A DNA stretch of 64,000 nt from a virus. The notes beneath the pieces are model-generated. The model was given only the letters and a program-made list of their open reading frames with translations. It did not search any database and was not told where the DNA came from. The translations under genes were made by a program, and so were the position numbers. Where the stretch lies: positions 20,363 to 84,362 of the IMG/VR virus record IMGVR_UViG_3300009514_000013; one strand, 5' to 3'. Positions 1 to 9,715 of this stretch are shown one piece after another (within the stretch, counting starts at the first letter, position 1; every line of letters starts with the position of its first letter).

Positions 1-2
1 TA

Positions 3-194
3 CGAAGAGGTCACCTCCAAGGACCAAAGGCTGATGGGAATCTCAAGCTAACAGCCGGCACATCGATCACTTGGGGCGATGAGAAGTTTCAGCTCAAAAA
101 GCTGTATACACCCGAAGGTCTAGAGCTGGTTGAGAAAATCGCTCAAAGGCTCGATTCCGAATTACTGGAGGAAGATCGAGATGCTATCAATTGA
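3..194 (+). CDS. 3' end of a gene truncated by the window edge; possibly a RecA/UvsX-like C-terminus
   Basis: Frame 3 is open to TGA 192-194 (..TSITWGDEKFQLKKLYTPEGLELVEKIAQRL..). It lies upstream of SbcDC; the RecA resemblance is weak. Confidence 0.3.
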   Translation, partial: RRGHLQGPKADGNLKLTAGTSITWGDEKFQLKKLYTPEGLELVEKIAQRLDSELLEEDRDAIN

Positions 195-229
195 TGGTCT
201 AGTTAGATTGCCCATGATACGTTTTCAAC

Positions 230-541
230 ATGACATCGAAGAAAACCCGATCTCGACGAATCGAGAAGAGGACGGCTCAACCTCTGTCCGAGCTGATGGA
301 TCTTCCGGAAAAGCCCAAGGAAGAACTGAAGCCAGAAGTAGCATCGTCAAAACCAAATCGAGATGTTCTGACTGCTCTAGCCGAACTTCCAATGGGAGCT
401 CTTGTTCATCAGATCTCTTCGAGAGCAGGGTTGTCGAAATTGGATGCCTACGAATCTCTCAACCTGCTCTGCCAGCAAGGTTACTCAAGAAGAACAGGGA
501 AGGTTTACCAAATCACCCAAAAGGGAAGCAAAGCTTTGTAA
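230..541 (+). CDS. small winged-helix DNA-binding protein
   Basis: HTH-like VHQISSRAGLSKLDAYESLNLL followed by wing motif GKVYQITQKG. Confidence 0.6.
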   Translation: MTSKKTRSRRIEKRTAQPLSELMDLPEKPKEELKPEVASSKPNRDVLTALAELPMGALVHQISSRAGLSKLDAYESLNLLCQQGYSRRTGKVYQITQKGSKAL

Positions 542-557
542 TCTTCCGAGGTGCCTT

Positions 558-1646
558 ATGAGTAAGGTTGCCTTCGTTGCCGATGTTCATCTTGGCAACC
601 ATCAACGGTACGGTGGAGCTATCGAACTTGGGATGAACCGTCGTTGTCGTGAAGTTCTTGAAACTCTGAAAGTAGCTGTAGCTGAAGCTGATGAGTGCGA
701 ATCTTTCGGAGTACTTGGTGATCTCTTTGATGTTACTAAGCCAATTCCACAGATGGTGAAAGCTGTTCAGGACATCCTAGAACCATCACCATCTCCATTC
801 GTCATGATGGGAAATCATGATCAAGTCTCTTCAAGATCTGGAGATCATGCTCTAGGTCCTCTGGAGCCTGTCTCGGAAGTTATCGAAACGCCTAACCTCA
901 TCCACCTAGATGACTGTGACCTGGTTGTTTTACCTTTCCGGCCAGGTGTCGCCGATGATTGGGTTCCAGAGGACCTAGATTCCTTGTTTTCAAACAGGAG
1001 AATTCGTCCAGGTTCTGTTCTCTGTTTGCACCTAGGGATCAAAGATTCTGAAACACCTAGCTATCTGACCGGTTCTCATGACTGCATCGACGTTGATCAT
1101 GTAGCTGAGCTGATGCAGCGATATGACATCATCGCGACAGTTGCGGGTAACTGGCATGAGTTGAAGAGTTGGAAGCGTGGTAAAAGTCAGATTCTTCAGA
1201 TAGGCACTCTTGCTCCAACCGGCTGGGACAATCCGGGCCTTGATGATTACGGCCATATGGCTATCTGGGATTCGAAGACGATGACGTTTGATGTTCTCGA
1301 GATTCCAGGTCCACGCTTCTTGAAGATACGAGATCGAGAAGAGTTGAAAGCATTACCTCCTGGAGATGAATACGAGATCTACCTTGAGTGGACTGTATCA
1401 GATCCGAATGACTTGGTGAGTGCAAACCAAGAGATTGAGGAGATGATCAGTAAAGGTCGTATCGTCGCTGGTGGTGCATTCCTAGACAAGAAAGAGCAAG
1501 AGAAGAAAGCGAGAGTGTCAGCCAAAGCAGCTGCATCAAGTGAGACTTTGGAAGATGCACTATCGGCTTACATCAACACCATGGAGCTGGATGAACGAGT
1601 GACAACAGATCGGCTGATTGGTCTCACCAAGAGGTACTTGGGATGA
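558..1646 (+). CDS. sbcD: SbcD/Mre11-like metallophosphoesterase nuclease
   Basis: ADVHLG, GDLFD, GNHD and HLG motifs. GAGGTG RBS before ATG 558. Partner SbcC lies downstream. Confidence 0.85.
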   Translation: MSKVAFVADVHLGNHQRYGGAIELGMNRRCREVLETLKVAVAEADECESFGVLGDLFDVTKPIPQMVKAVQDILEPSPSPFVMMGNHDQVSSRSGDHALGPLEPVSEVIETPNLIHLDDCDLVVLPFRPGVADDWVPEDLDSLFSNRRIRPGSVLCLHLGIKDSETPSYLTGSHDCIDVDHVAELMQRYDIIATVAGNWHELKSWKRGKSQILQIGTLAPTGWDNPGLDDYGHMAIWDSKTMTFDVLEIPGPRFLKIRDREELKALPPGDEYEIYLEWTVSDPNDLVSANQEIEEMISKGRIVAGGAFLDKKEQEKKARVSAKAAASSETLEDALSAYINTMELDERVTTDRLIGLTKRYLG

Positions 1647-1870
1647 ATCAAATTCGCTTTTTGAAGGGCTATTCGCTTAGGGACTCGCTTAACATTTCGT
1701 TTATTTGGTCGGTTGACTCTCCACTGAGGTTCTCGCCAGATGATTCATTTTTAGGTTACTTGCACTGGTCTTTGAGTGACTATCTTGGTGGTCAAATTGC
1801 TAATTCCGTGAAAGATGTGTTGAAACAATGGCTGAAATCTCAGACGACATCCTTCGAAAATTCGAAATAG
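1643..1870 (+). CDS. small protein, degenerate SLxx-repeat family
   Basis: ATGA overlap with sbcD; YSLRDSL..SPLRFS..WSLSD periodicity. Confidence 0.5.
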   Translation: MNQIRFLKGYSLRDSLNISFIWSVDSPLRFSPDDSFLGYLHWSLSDYLGGQIANSVKDVLKQWLKSQTTSFENSK

Positions 1871-2202
1871 CTGCTAAGCACTATTGGGATGAGACTTCCA
1901 AAGAGTGTTGTGTTTGCCAATGCCAGTTTAGAACTGGTGATGTCTGCCTAGTGTATGGAGACTTCGATAACCCGATTGAGAGACAGTTCTTCTACTGTGT
2001 TCCTGATGGCTACAAGCGAATACTTGCGGGTCAGTTTCCGTCAGCGTCTTCTCTTTTCGTTTCAGATGAGCACAGATTCAGCCGGATGAAGGATCTTCCG
2101 GAAGAACTACAACAGTATGTGATTGAAGGTTTCGAATGTATCGAAAAGCTCCACCTCGGAATGGAAGAGTTCATCAAAAAGGTCAAGGAGTCTATGCATT
2201 GA
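1828..2202 (+). CDS. hypothetical protein with CxxC
   Basis: 124-aa ORF in a tightly packed operon. Confidence 0.6.
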   Translation: MAEISDDILRKFEIAAKHYWDETSKECCVCQCQFRTGDVCLVYGDFDNPIERQFFYCVPDGYKRILAGQFPSASSLFVSDEHRFSRMKDLPEELQQYVIEGFECIEKLHLGMEEFIKKVKESMH

Positions 2203-2378
2203 ATTCTAGGATTCATACGATTCGGATCGATCTAAAAAATCAACTTTGTTGGGCAATAGATGATCAGGTAGAAACGAGTCTACGGTGGTCTAGAGGAGAT
2301 AGTCTTTGGGACTTTTGGGACTCTCTTCAAGTATCGCACGCTTCTTTTTTCACTTGTTGTAAAAATGAGGGCTTATGA
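2199..2378 (+). CDS. small protein, degenerate SLxx-repeat family
   Basis: TTG start after AAGGAG, overlapping both neighbours; TSLRWSRGDSLWDFWDSL. Confidence 0.45.
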   Translation: MNSRIHTIRIDLKNQLCWAIDDQVETSLRWSRGDSLWDFWDSLQVSHASFFTCCKNEGL

Positions 2379-4036
2379 AGATACGTAGAGTCAGTGGAAA
2401 GAACTTCATGCTTTGCAAGGAGTTCGAAATTGAATTCCCCGACAGGGGATTGATCGTCATCTCCGGACCCAACGGAAGTGGAAAGTCCACGTTCGCTGAA
2501 TTCAATGCTTTTGGTCTCTTCGGAAAGACTCTTCGTGGTGCATCTCCATGGCGAAGTGGTGAAGCTGGAGAACTCACGGTCCAAACTGATGGAGTCCAAG
2601 TAACTCGGAAATCTACCAAAGGTGGAAGTCAGAAGCTTGAATGGTCTGAAAGTCAGAGCGATGATGAAGGACCTGTCTATGGTTCGTCTAGCAAAGCCAA
2701 AGAACCTCTCATGGAACTACTCGGATCATTCGAGAACTGGAGGAAGTGTTCAGTCTTCTCATCATCAGACGCAGCTCTCTTCTCCATGGCTACGGACAAG
2801 ATCCGCAAAGAACTTTTGGAAGACCTACTAGGGATCGATAAATTCGATTCAGCTCTGAAGAAGTGTCGTGAAGATCTGAGCCAGGTTGGTTCGAAATACC
2901 AGACTCTTGAGATGGAGATTAGACACACTCAGGTTCTTCTAGAGGAGAAGAAAAACCAACTCCGGCAAGCTTCAGAAGCTATTGAGGAATGGGTGGACCT
3001 TAAGCCAGTCCGATCAACCTCATCAAAACTAACCACGAAGCTTGATGAGATCCGTAAGCAACAGCGCGACGTCGGTAAACAAATCCGGCATCTTGGCTCT
3101 CAAGGCGCTGAGGAAAAAGCCACCCTCCGACAGATTCAAAAACAGCTGTCATGCATTGACGTGGGCCAGTGTCCAACTTGCGGACAAGACGTGGGAGACG
3201 ATGTGCTCGATCCTTTGAAAGGTGAGGTATCGAAGATTGAAGCACAACTGGAGAAGTCTCATCTTGAAGTTACCAAACAAATTGATGAGTTGGAGACTCG
3301 ACTGGATGAACTCCAAACCGCTGGTGATTCCCTCGACAAAAAGATCTCCGATTCAAAACTCAAACAACGTGAGTTCGAACAGGCGAAGCATGTGAAGGAG
3401 AAGTTCGCCAACATCATTGATAATGCTCAGGAAGAGGCCAACGAACTGTCGGAGAAGATCAACGGTTTAGCATCAGAACTTGAGACGATCTCGTTTGAGA
3501 GACTTGAACTCCAATACGTAGAAAAGATCCTTGGGATGAAAGGCGTACGTGCTCATATTCTCGGGAAGTCACTTGATGGTCTCGAATGTGTGGCCAATTC
3601 ATACCTCAACCGGATGACTGATGAGAACGCTACTCTGAAGCTGAAGCCTTACACGGAGAAGAAGACGGGTGGTGTCTCAGATTCGATCTCTATGGAAATA
3701 GGTGAATATGGTGGAGGGCTCGGATACAAGGCGTGCTCAGCTGGCCAGAGACGCCGAGTAGACTTAGCTCTTCTTCTTGGACTAGCTGTGGTCTCAGATG
3801 CTTCGAAAGGTAGTTCTCCTGGGATGTTGTGGTTTGATGAGGTCTTCGATGCTCTAGACGATCAAGGAGTTCAGGCGGTATCAGAGATTCTTCACGAGAT
3901 CTCAAAGGAGCGTCCTGTAGTGGTCATCTCTCATCACCCAGCCATTCTTGGCTACCTCGATCCTGTGGCGAAGTTGAGAATATGGACGGAAAGGGGTTCA
4001 GATGGTTTCTCGAAAATCAAAACCCAAAGCAGATGA
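2375..4036 (+). CDS. sbcC: SbcC/Rad50-like SMC ATPase
   Basis: Walker A GPNGSGKST, coiled coils, zinc hook CPTCG, signature SAGQ, Walker B FDEVFDALD, H-loop ISH. Confidence 0.9.
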   Translation: MKIRRVSGKNFMLCKEFEIEFPDRGLIVISGPNGSGKSTFAEFNAFGLFGKTLRGASPWRSGEAGELTVQTDGVQVTRKSTKGGSQKLEWSESQSDDEGPVYGSSSKAKEPLMELLGSFENWRKCSVFSSSDAALFSMATDKIRKELLEDLLGIDKFDSALKKCREDLSQVGSKYQTLEMEIRHTQVLLEEKKNQLRQASEAIEEWVDLKPVRSTSSKLTTKLDEIRKQQRDVGKQIRHLGSQGAEEKATLRQIQKQLSCIDVGQCPTCGQDVGDDVLDPLKGEVSKIEAQLEKSHLEVTKQIDELETRLDELQTAGDSLDKKISDSKLKQREFEQAKHVKEKFANIIDNAQEEANELSEKINGLASELETISFERLELQYVEKILGMKGVRAHILGKSLDGLECVANSYLNRMTDENATLKLKPYTEKKTGGVSDSISMEIGEYGGGLGYKACSAGQRRRVDLALLLGLAVVSDASKGSSPGMLWFDEVFDALDDQGVQAVSEILHEISKERPVVVISHHPAILGYLDPVAKLRIWTERGSDGFSKIKTQSR

Positions 4037-4286
4037 GAACCGTTCCCTAGAAGACGGTACTCCGCTTCTTGCTCTCGAGGTTGATACAAATAGAGAGCGT
4101 CGACCAAAAACCAAACCTAAGACTCCACTTGAAGAGAAGTTCAAAGAGCAAAAGAGGATCCTTCAGGTGTACGTGATGAGACAACTTCAGTGGGGTGAGG
4201 TCGAGGGTTTCAAACCTATTGAAGTTTCTCTGTTGAAGGAAGCTTTGGAGGTGCTCGGATGGCTACCAACAGACTTGAAATTGTGA
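4002..4286 (+). CDS. hypothetical protein
   Basis: 94-aa ORF overlapping the sbcC end. Confidence 0.55.
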   Translation: MVSRKSKPKADENRSLEDGTPLLALEVDTNRERRPKTKPKTPLEEKFKEQKRILQVYVMRQLQWGEVEGFKPIEVSLLKEALEVLGWLPTDLKL

Positions 4287-4429
4287 ATTTCGTTGCTCCA
4301 GAACTTGAAATTCCTGCGAGGTATTCTCTTTTTTTCATTGGTATTTCTACATCAATCGAATTTTCTCTACTCGACTCATTAATAAATGAGTTACAATTTC
4401 TCTATGGCTACAAGTCAGAAACGACCTAG
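4283..4429 (+). CDS. 48-aa protein, degenerate SLxx-repeat family (not in ORF track)
   Basis: GTGA overlap; MNFVAPELEIPARYSLFFIGISTSIEFSLLDSLINELQFLYGYKSETT. Confidence 0.4.
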   Translation: MNFVAPELEIPARYSLFFIGISTSIEFSLLDSLINELQFLYGYKSETT

Positions 4430-5648
4430 AGCAAATCAACTCGCCCATATCCTTTCTGATCTCAGAAAACTCGCTGTCCCAATCGAATCCCTCAATCCAG
4501 ATCCAGAAAACACCAGACGTCACTCGGAATCTGATCTGAACGTCATCAAGTCTTCTCTTGATGAACTCGGCCAGCACCGACCACTTGTTGTCCAGAAGGA
4601 AGGTCGGATCATCCGCGTTGGTAATGGTACTTGGACAGCTGCAAAGGAATTAGGGTGGAAATGGATAGCCGCGGTTGTTGTTGACGAAGACCGTATGACT
4701 GCCACAAGACGATCAATCCTCGATAACCGAACTGCTGAACTCTCTGAGTGGGATACTGATCAGCTCGTAAAGCGCCTTGATGAAGCCAAGGAAGACGATT
4801 GGGAACTAGAAGACTTCGGCTGGGATGATGAAGAACTTGCTAGGTTGACTGCTTCTGAGGTTGAAGATGAAGAGGTAGATTTTGAAGAGGTTGTCGAGGA
4901 TGAAGTTCCGGAGCCTCCCAAGAAAGCAGTTTCGAAGCTAGGTGATGTTTGGAAACTGGGTGATCATATATTGGTTTGTGGCGATTCTCGCGATTCGCAA
5001 TCTTATTCATCTTTTGATTCTTCGTTTCATATGGTTCTGACAGATCCTCCTTATGGAGTTGGGTATGTAGGTGGTACTGGTTTGACCATCCAAAATGATA
5101 CTGAAGATGGGTTGGAAGAAATGTTGACGAATGTTTTTGGCAATGTTTTGGAAAAGTGTGAAAAAGGATCTATGTGGTACGTTTTTGGACCACCCGGTCC
5201 ACTTGGAATAATATTTGGGAGAGTTTTATTATCGTTTGGTGTATTGAGACAGATTCTCATATGGGTGAAAGACCGATTGGTTTTAGGAAGATCTCATTTC
5301 CATTACCGCAACGAGCCGATTTTTTATGGATGGAGTGGAACAAGTTCCAGACATCCTCCTCCAAACAGAAAGCAGGATTCTGTTTGGGAGTTTGATCGAC
5401 CACATGCCAACAAAGAACATCCTACGATGAAACCTCTGAATCTACTTCAGCATGCGATCGTGATGGGATCTTCGAAAGGTGATTTTATAGTTGATCCGTT
5501 TTCTGGTTCTGGATCTACACTAATAGCATCTGAGGCTACCGAAAGAATTTGTTGTTCTGTTGAAATCGATCCTAGATACTCAGATGTCATCATCGAACGT
5601 TGGGAGAACTTCACTGGTAAGAAGGCAAAGAGAATCAAGAAAGGTTAG
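4404..5648 (+). CDS. ParB-like N-terminal domain fused to N6A/N4C DNA methyltransferase (beta class)
   Basis: ParB-like NPDPENTRRH..LDNRTAELSEWD. Catalytic DPPY precedes HPTMKP and SAM-binding DPFSGSGST. Confidence 0.9.
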   Translation: MATSQKRPRANQLAHILSDLRKLAVPIESLNPDPENTRRHSESDLNVIKSSLDELGQHRPLVVQKEGRIIRVGNGTWTAAKELGWKWIAAVVVDEDRMTATRRSILDNRTAELSEWDTDQLVKRLDEAKEDDWELEDFGWDDEELARLTASEVEDEEVDFEEVVEDEVPEPPKKAVSKLGDVWKLGDHILVCGDSRDSQSYSSFDSSFHMVLTDPPYGVGYVGGTGLTIQNDTEDGLEEMLTNVFGNVLEKCEKGSMWYVFGPPGPLGIIFGRVLLSFGVLRQILIWVKDRLVLGRSHFHYRNEPIFYGWSGTSSRHPPPNRKQDSVWEFDRPHANKEHPTMKPLNLLQHAIVMGSSKGDFIVDPFSGSGSTLIASEATERICCSVEIDPRYSDVIIERWENFTGKKAKRIKKG

Positions 5649-6790
5649 CAACCCGGCCAGAGAATCTCTGAGATGAATACTGGGATCTGATTGGTATGGA
5701 TCGGAAACAACCTTCCATCGGTTTCGTTTGCAATGTCATCAAAAAATGCTTGTAGCTCAACAAATCCGTAGAATGTGATACCTCTCGCTTTCAACTCGTT
5801 TGCCACATCTTGCTCTGTTAACCCTCTTGCACTTTGACCATGTTCATCAGCAAACAAGAAGATGAATCGATTTGCTCCTGGTCTCCAATGTACGAACCTT
5901 CCCTTAGCCGCATCACTGATGATGTCGTATGACAGTTCGCTACTTCCAAATGTCCTGGTCATAGAAGCCAGGTTGTTCGGGTCAGGGCATGGTCCAACTG
6001 GAAATGTCATGCCTAGCGAATAGCATTCTCTATTTGGAGAAGCTGTTGAGGTGGTGTTCCCACCAGGCATGTCGATTGGGAACATAGCCACATCAGTGGA
6101 ATCGTCTTGAGTCTGTCGATTCCAGTAGTCAGCCAGCGAATCTCCAACAACAGAGACACGAGTTCCCATTGAACAACTACGGTCGATAATCACTACGATG
6201 TCGATTTTGACTACGTCCCCTGTGTTTGGAACGTCATCCACAACTCCATTACAATCGTTATCGATCTGGTCACATCGTTCGGCGAATGGAAGAACCTGAC
6301 CTTCACAAATCCACTTTCCATAATCACAATAAGAAAGTCCTATTTTGCATGGTGGGTGTGTAGCTTTCCAAAACTCAGCATCGAAGCACCAGTCTCTGGC
6401 GATCCCGTCATCAACCAACCCGTTGCAGTCGTTGTCTGAACCGTCACATTCTTCTGGTTGTTTCTTGTAATCGGTTGAACAGACGATCTCTTCCCCGTTG
6501 CAGACAGTCCGTCCCCCTCGACAGATGCCCAACCCACATGATTCTCCGACCCCACCGATCCGGTCGTCGACTTCACCATTGCAGTCATTGTCAATACCGT
6601 CACAAATCTCATCGCTTGGAAGAATGTCACCGACACATGAGACACCTATCGATGATGTTTCAGTGGTTCCAGGCCGACATTGCCCAACTCCCGAAGTTCC
6701 ACTTGGTCCCGAATAGCAAGAACCGTAGTGACTCACGAGTGGTTCTTCACACGCATATAGAAGTACCAAGAGGATTGAAAGGCTTCTCAT
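5645..6790 (-). CDS. lipoprotein with Cys-rich MopE-like repeats and C-terminal vWA domain
   Basis: Lipobox LLYAC; three E.CD..DNDCNG.VDD repeats; MIDAS motif DRSCS. Confidence 0.75.
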   Translation of the reverse strand: MRSLSILLVLLYACEEPLVSHYGSCYSGPSGTSGVGQCRPGTTETSSIGVSCVGDILPSDEICDGIDNDCNGEVDDRIGGVGESCGLGICRGGRTVCNGEEIVCSTDYKKQPEECDGSDNDCNGLVDDGIARDWCFDAEFWKATHPPCKIGLSYCDYGKWICEGQVLPFAERCDQIDNDCNGVVDDVPNTGDVVKIDIVVIIDRSCSMGTRVSVVGDSLADYWNRQTQDDSTDVAMFPIDMPGGNTTSTASPNRECYSLGMTFPVGPCPDPNNLASMTRTFGSSELSYDIISDAAKGRFVHWRPGANRFIFLFADEHGQSARGLTEQDVANELKARGITFYGFVELQAFFDDIANETDGRLFPIHTNQIPVFISEILWPGC

Positions 6791-7230
6791 CTTTCTCTCT
6801 CCCTCACTTGCTTCGTGTCAGATGCAAGTCTACGAAGATCGTTTTCTACCAGGTTGAAATCAACATCGTGCAACTCAGCTGCTTTGAGCCCATCTTCCAT
6901 GTGACGAACTCTGTGAGCTAGCTCATGTGGTAGGCATCCATCCATGGTCAGTTCTCCAAACACTCGTGCAGTGATCCTAGCTTCATGTTGATAGTACCAG
7001 CATGGGCACCCAGGCTTGCGAATTACTCTCCATGGAGCATTGAGTTGGATATGGATTTCCCAAGTTTCTGGGACCGTTTCGTAACTCTGCATGGATTCTA
7101 GGGCTTCTGGAAGATCTGGCCACGTCCACGAAAATGCTTCCTCTGTGACGATCACTGTGGTATCACCTACGACTATATCTGACCCACAACCACCTGAAAA
7201 CATTGAAAAGAATATGTTGACTAGTGCCAT
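6787..7230 (-). CDS. putative lipoprotein with HExxH zinc-peptidase motif
   Basis: SGGC lipobox-like start; LPHELAHR. Confidence 0.5.
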   Translation of the reverse strand: MALVNIFFSMFSGGCGSDIVVGDTTVIVTEEAFSWTWPDLPEALESMQSYETVPETWEIHIQLNAPWRVIRKPGCPCWYYQHEARITARVFGELTMDGCLPHELAHRVRHMEDGLKAAELHDVDFNLVENDLRRLASDTKQVRERER

Positions 7231-7272
7231 AAAGGTGCTTACCGTATTGGTATGGATGAGAGACAAAGCCAA

Positions 7273-7665
7273 ATGACTATAACAGACCGCTATTTACCCC
7301 CGACACACATCGGGTCCAGAACAGCTGCACTAATTGAGAATATCGAGGCTATCGATATTCGACAGGAAGAAGATGGATACTTTGATGCTGACACAGTTGT
7401 TGCCATCAAACGAAAATCCATTCACAAAGGACTCAAGGTGGCTCGGGATGCTGGTCGCAACGAGAACGAGTTTCGGATTCGTGAGCTTGAAATGGAAGTA
7501 GAGATGTTGAAGTCTCAAGTCGAACGGCTGATCTCCACATTGGAGTTGCACCAGAAAACATCATCGGCTGAATCAAAGATGCTCAAGGATGCCCTTGCTC
7601 AAAATCACCTGATGCTGACTTCTCTCTGGAAATCCTTTGAGCTGAAAAAGGCGGGAAAGAAATGA
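7273..7665 (+). CDS. coiled-coil hypothetical protein
   Basis: Heptad-rich C-terminal half. Confidence 0.55.
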   Translation: MTITDRYLPPTHIGSRTAALIENIEAIDIRQEEDGYFDADTVVAIKRKSIHKGLKVARDAGRNENEFRIRELEMEVEMLKSQVERLISTLELHQKTSSAESKMLKDALAQNHLMLTSLWKSFELKKAGKK

Positions 7666-8810
7666 AATACGTCATTGATACGGAACTGGAACCCATAGCA
7701 GTTGTGGTCCACTCCAAGGATCAGTCTCACTATGTCTCGTTTGAACCACATGAAGAGGAGATCATCTCGGCGGATGAGAACGAACCTGAGCCAGATCCTG
7801 TGGTGGAACCAGATCCAATCATCGAGGTGCAACCTGATCCAGAACCAGAGCCTACACCTGTCACTGAACCTGAACTACCGTTTGAGGTGAACAAACCGGT
7901 GCTTCCGAATTCAACAATCTCACGTGGTCATCGTGAAGGTCTGATCTATGATCCGGGTGTTTATACCTTAAATGGTGATGTTGGAAATCTTGTATTGGCA
8001 ATTGATGATGTGACGATTGATTTCAATGGGCACTCGGCAGCTTCTGTGATTATTGCGAGTGGAGTAGGCAACGTTGCTATCAAAAATGGACGAGCTGATC
8101 ATGTTGTATGCGAGTTCAATTATCGAGACAATCTTGGGAATGTGAATCAGGTGTACGATAGAGTTGGTAGCCATGATCTCTTTTTCGAAGACATGGTCAT
8201 TCACTCGGACACGCAATCAGCTCTCAGTCTACGTGGTCAGAGAGTACACATGTTGAGGTGCAATTTGTTTTCTCGTGACAAGTACGCTGTTTGGGGTGGT
8301 GGTATTTCCAACCAAGAAGACTTTCTGTTCGAACAGTGTGAATTTCGTTCAGGTGGACCGCAAGCTGTGTTCCGTATACATGACGCGTATCGATCACTAG
8401 CTTACAATTGTCTGTTCAGGAGTGGTGACCTGGGAGATGCCAAGCACGCGTTCCGCTATCATTGTAGTGATAGAAATTCTAGACACTTCGAGACTGGAGA
8501 TCTTCAGTGGCCGAACCGTCCTGAAGAGCTTCCTGCACATGATCTTGCAATGGTGAAGTGCACTGTGACTGGTTCAGGTAACGGGATCATGTTGGCGAAG
8601 ACTTCCTCTGAACGAGGTATTGAGGATGTACACTTGATCGAGTCAACGTTTGAGGCATCTGGTGTTGATCGATTCAACTTGAATGTTCCGATGATGAGAA
8701 GAGTCACGGTGACTGGGAACAATGTTGAGACTCATGGTGGTGGGGATCCTTACGGACCATATCGGAATCTTCCACAAGATTGGACTTGGGAACGTAACAC
8801 ATGGACCTGA
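7662..8810 (+). CDS. Pro/Glu-linker protein with right-handed beta-helix (pectin-lyase-like) domain
   Basis: EPEPDP linker; PGVYTL..DVTIDFNGH and repeated beta-helix-like turns. Confidence 0.6.
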   Translation: MKYVIDTELEPIAVVVHSKDQSHYVSFEPHEEEIISADENEPEPDPVVEPDPIIEVQPDPEPEPTPVTEPELPFEVNKPVLPNSTISRGHREGLIYDPGVYTLNGDVGNLVLAIDDVTIDFNGHSAASVIIASGVGNVAIKNGRADHVVCEFNYRDNLGNVNQVYDRVGSHDLFFEDMVIHSDTQSALSLRGQRVHMLRCNLFSRDKYAVWGGGISNQEDFLFEQCEFRSGGPQAVFRIHDAYRSLAYNCLFRSGDLGDAKHAFRYHCSDRNSRHFETGDLQWPNRPEELPAHDLAMVKCTVTGSGNGIMLAKTSSERGIEDVHLIESTFEASGVDRFNLNVPMMRRVTVTGNNVETHGGGDPYGPYRNLPQDWTWERNTWT

Positions 8811-8867
8811 GTCATCACTCATTGGTAGGTAGGATTCAAAGACCGATACATGAAAGGATAAGATGGG

Positions 8868-9155
8868 GTGCTTTCGTTCGATTCAAAAAATATTTCGATT
8901 TTAATACGTTTGTTGTTGCTATTGATGCTGAGTGCTTGCGGCAACTACGTAGAGGAGCAGCCGACAATTCAGTTGACATGCGAGAATCATCTGGTGCGTT
9001 GTGAGAACAACAGTTTAGATGAGACTGCTTTGATGAACTGTGCTTCGGTTCATGCACATTGTATATGGAAGCGTGGTTCGGGTTGTGATGATTGTGAAGT
9101 AACAGCTTACCAAGAGACCTGTCGAGATAGGTGTGGTGAGCTCAATGAAAACTAG
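8868..9155 (+). CDS. Cys-rich putative lipoprotein
   Basis: Hydrophobic stretch plus LSAC lipobox; 8 further Cys; start uncertain. Confidence 0.5.
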   Translation: MLSFDSKNISILIRLLLLLMLSACGNYVEEQPTIQLTCENHLVRCENNSLDETALMNCASVHAHCIWKRGSGCDDCEVTAYQETCRDRCGELNEN

Positions 9156-9168
9156 AAGGAGATAGACA

Positions 9169-9555
9169 ATGTATAGACAAGGCGATGTGTTCATTTTTCC
9201 AGTGAAGGATCCTGGTTCTGAGAATGTTGGTCCAGAAGTGAAGCGAGACAACGGTCGAGTGGTGCTTCAATACGGTGAGGTGACTGGTCATGCTCATGCA
9301 ATTCATGAATCACCTGTTCATTTGTTTGATTTCAGCGATGACTTTCTGAAATCGAATGAGTCATTTCGAAAGAACGTTGAAGATGTCATTGGAGCGCCAT
9401 TGGATCCTCAAATCGATCGGTTGTTGACGGTTGGTGAAATGTCGGCACTAGTTCACGAAGAGCACGATACAATTCCGATTCCTCCAGGAACGTACATTGC
9501 AAGGAGGCAGCATGAGTACAGCGATCGTGAGCGTGAACGATACGTTGAGGATTAA
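9169..9555 (+). CDS. RQGDV/GE.TGH.H protein (usual partner of DUF6745)
   Basis: RQGDV, GEVTGHAH, HEEH and PGTY..RRQHEY motifs; strong AAGGAG RBS. Confidence 0.75.
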   Translation: MYRQGDVFIFPVKDPGSENVGPEVKRDNGRVVLQYGEVTGHAHAIHESPVHLFDFSDDFLKSNESFRKNVEDVIGAPLDPQIDRLLTVGEMSALVHEEHDTIPIPPGTYIARRQHEYSDRERERYVED

Positions 9556-9715
9556 GAGGGATCTTTATAGGTACACACCGAATTCACTACGTTGGGATCT
9601 CATGCATGGTGTCGCTCACCCTTTGGGAGATGCATTACGCTTGTCTTTGATTCTCAAGGTTGAGGCAGAACTAGAAAGGTATAAAAATGGAGAAAATCAA
9701 AGAACTAACACCTGA
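9545..9715 (+). CDS. small protein, degenerate SLxx-repeat family
   Basis: Fills the gap between neighbours; NSLRWDL..HPLGDALRLSL..EAELE. Confidence 0.45.
   Translation: MRIKRDLYRYTPNSLRWDLMHGVAHPLGDALRLSLILKVEAELERYKNGENQRTNT

Noticed and set aside
130-561. 143-aa ORF, and the upstream extension of sbcD from 402
   Set aside because: Both overlap the more plausible wHTH gene, and the SbcD motifs begin at ATG 558.
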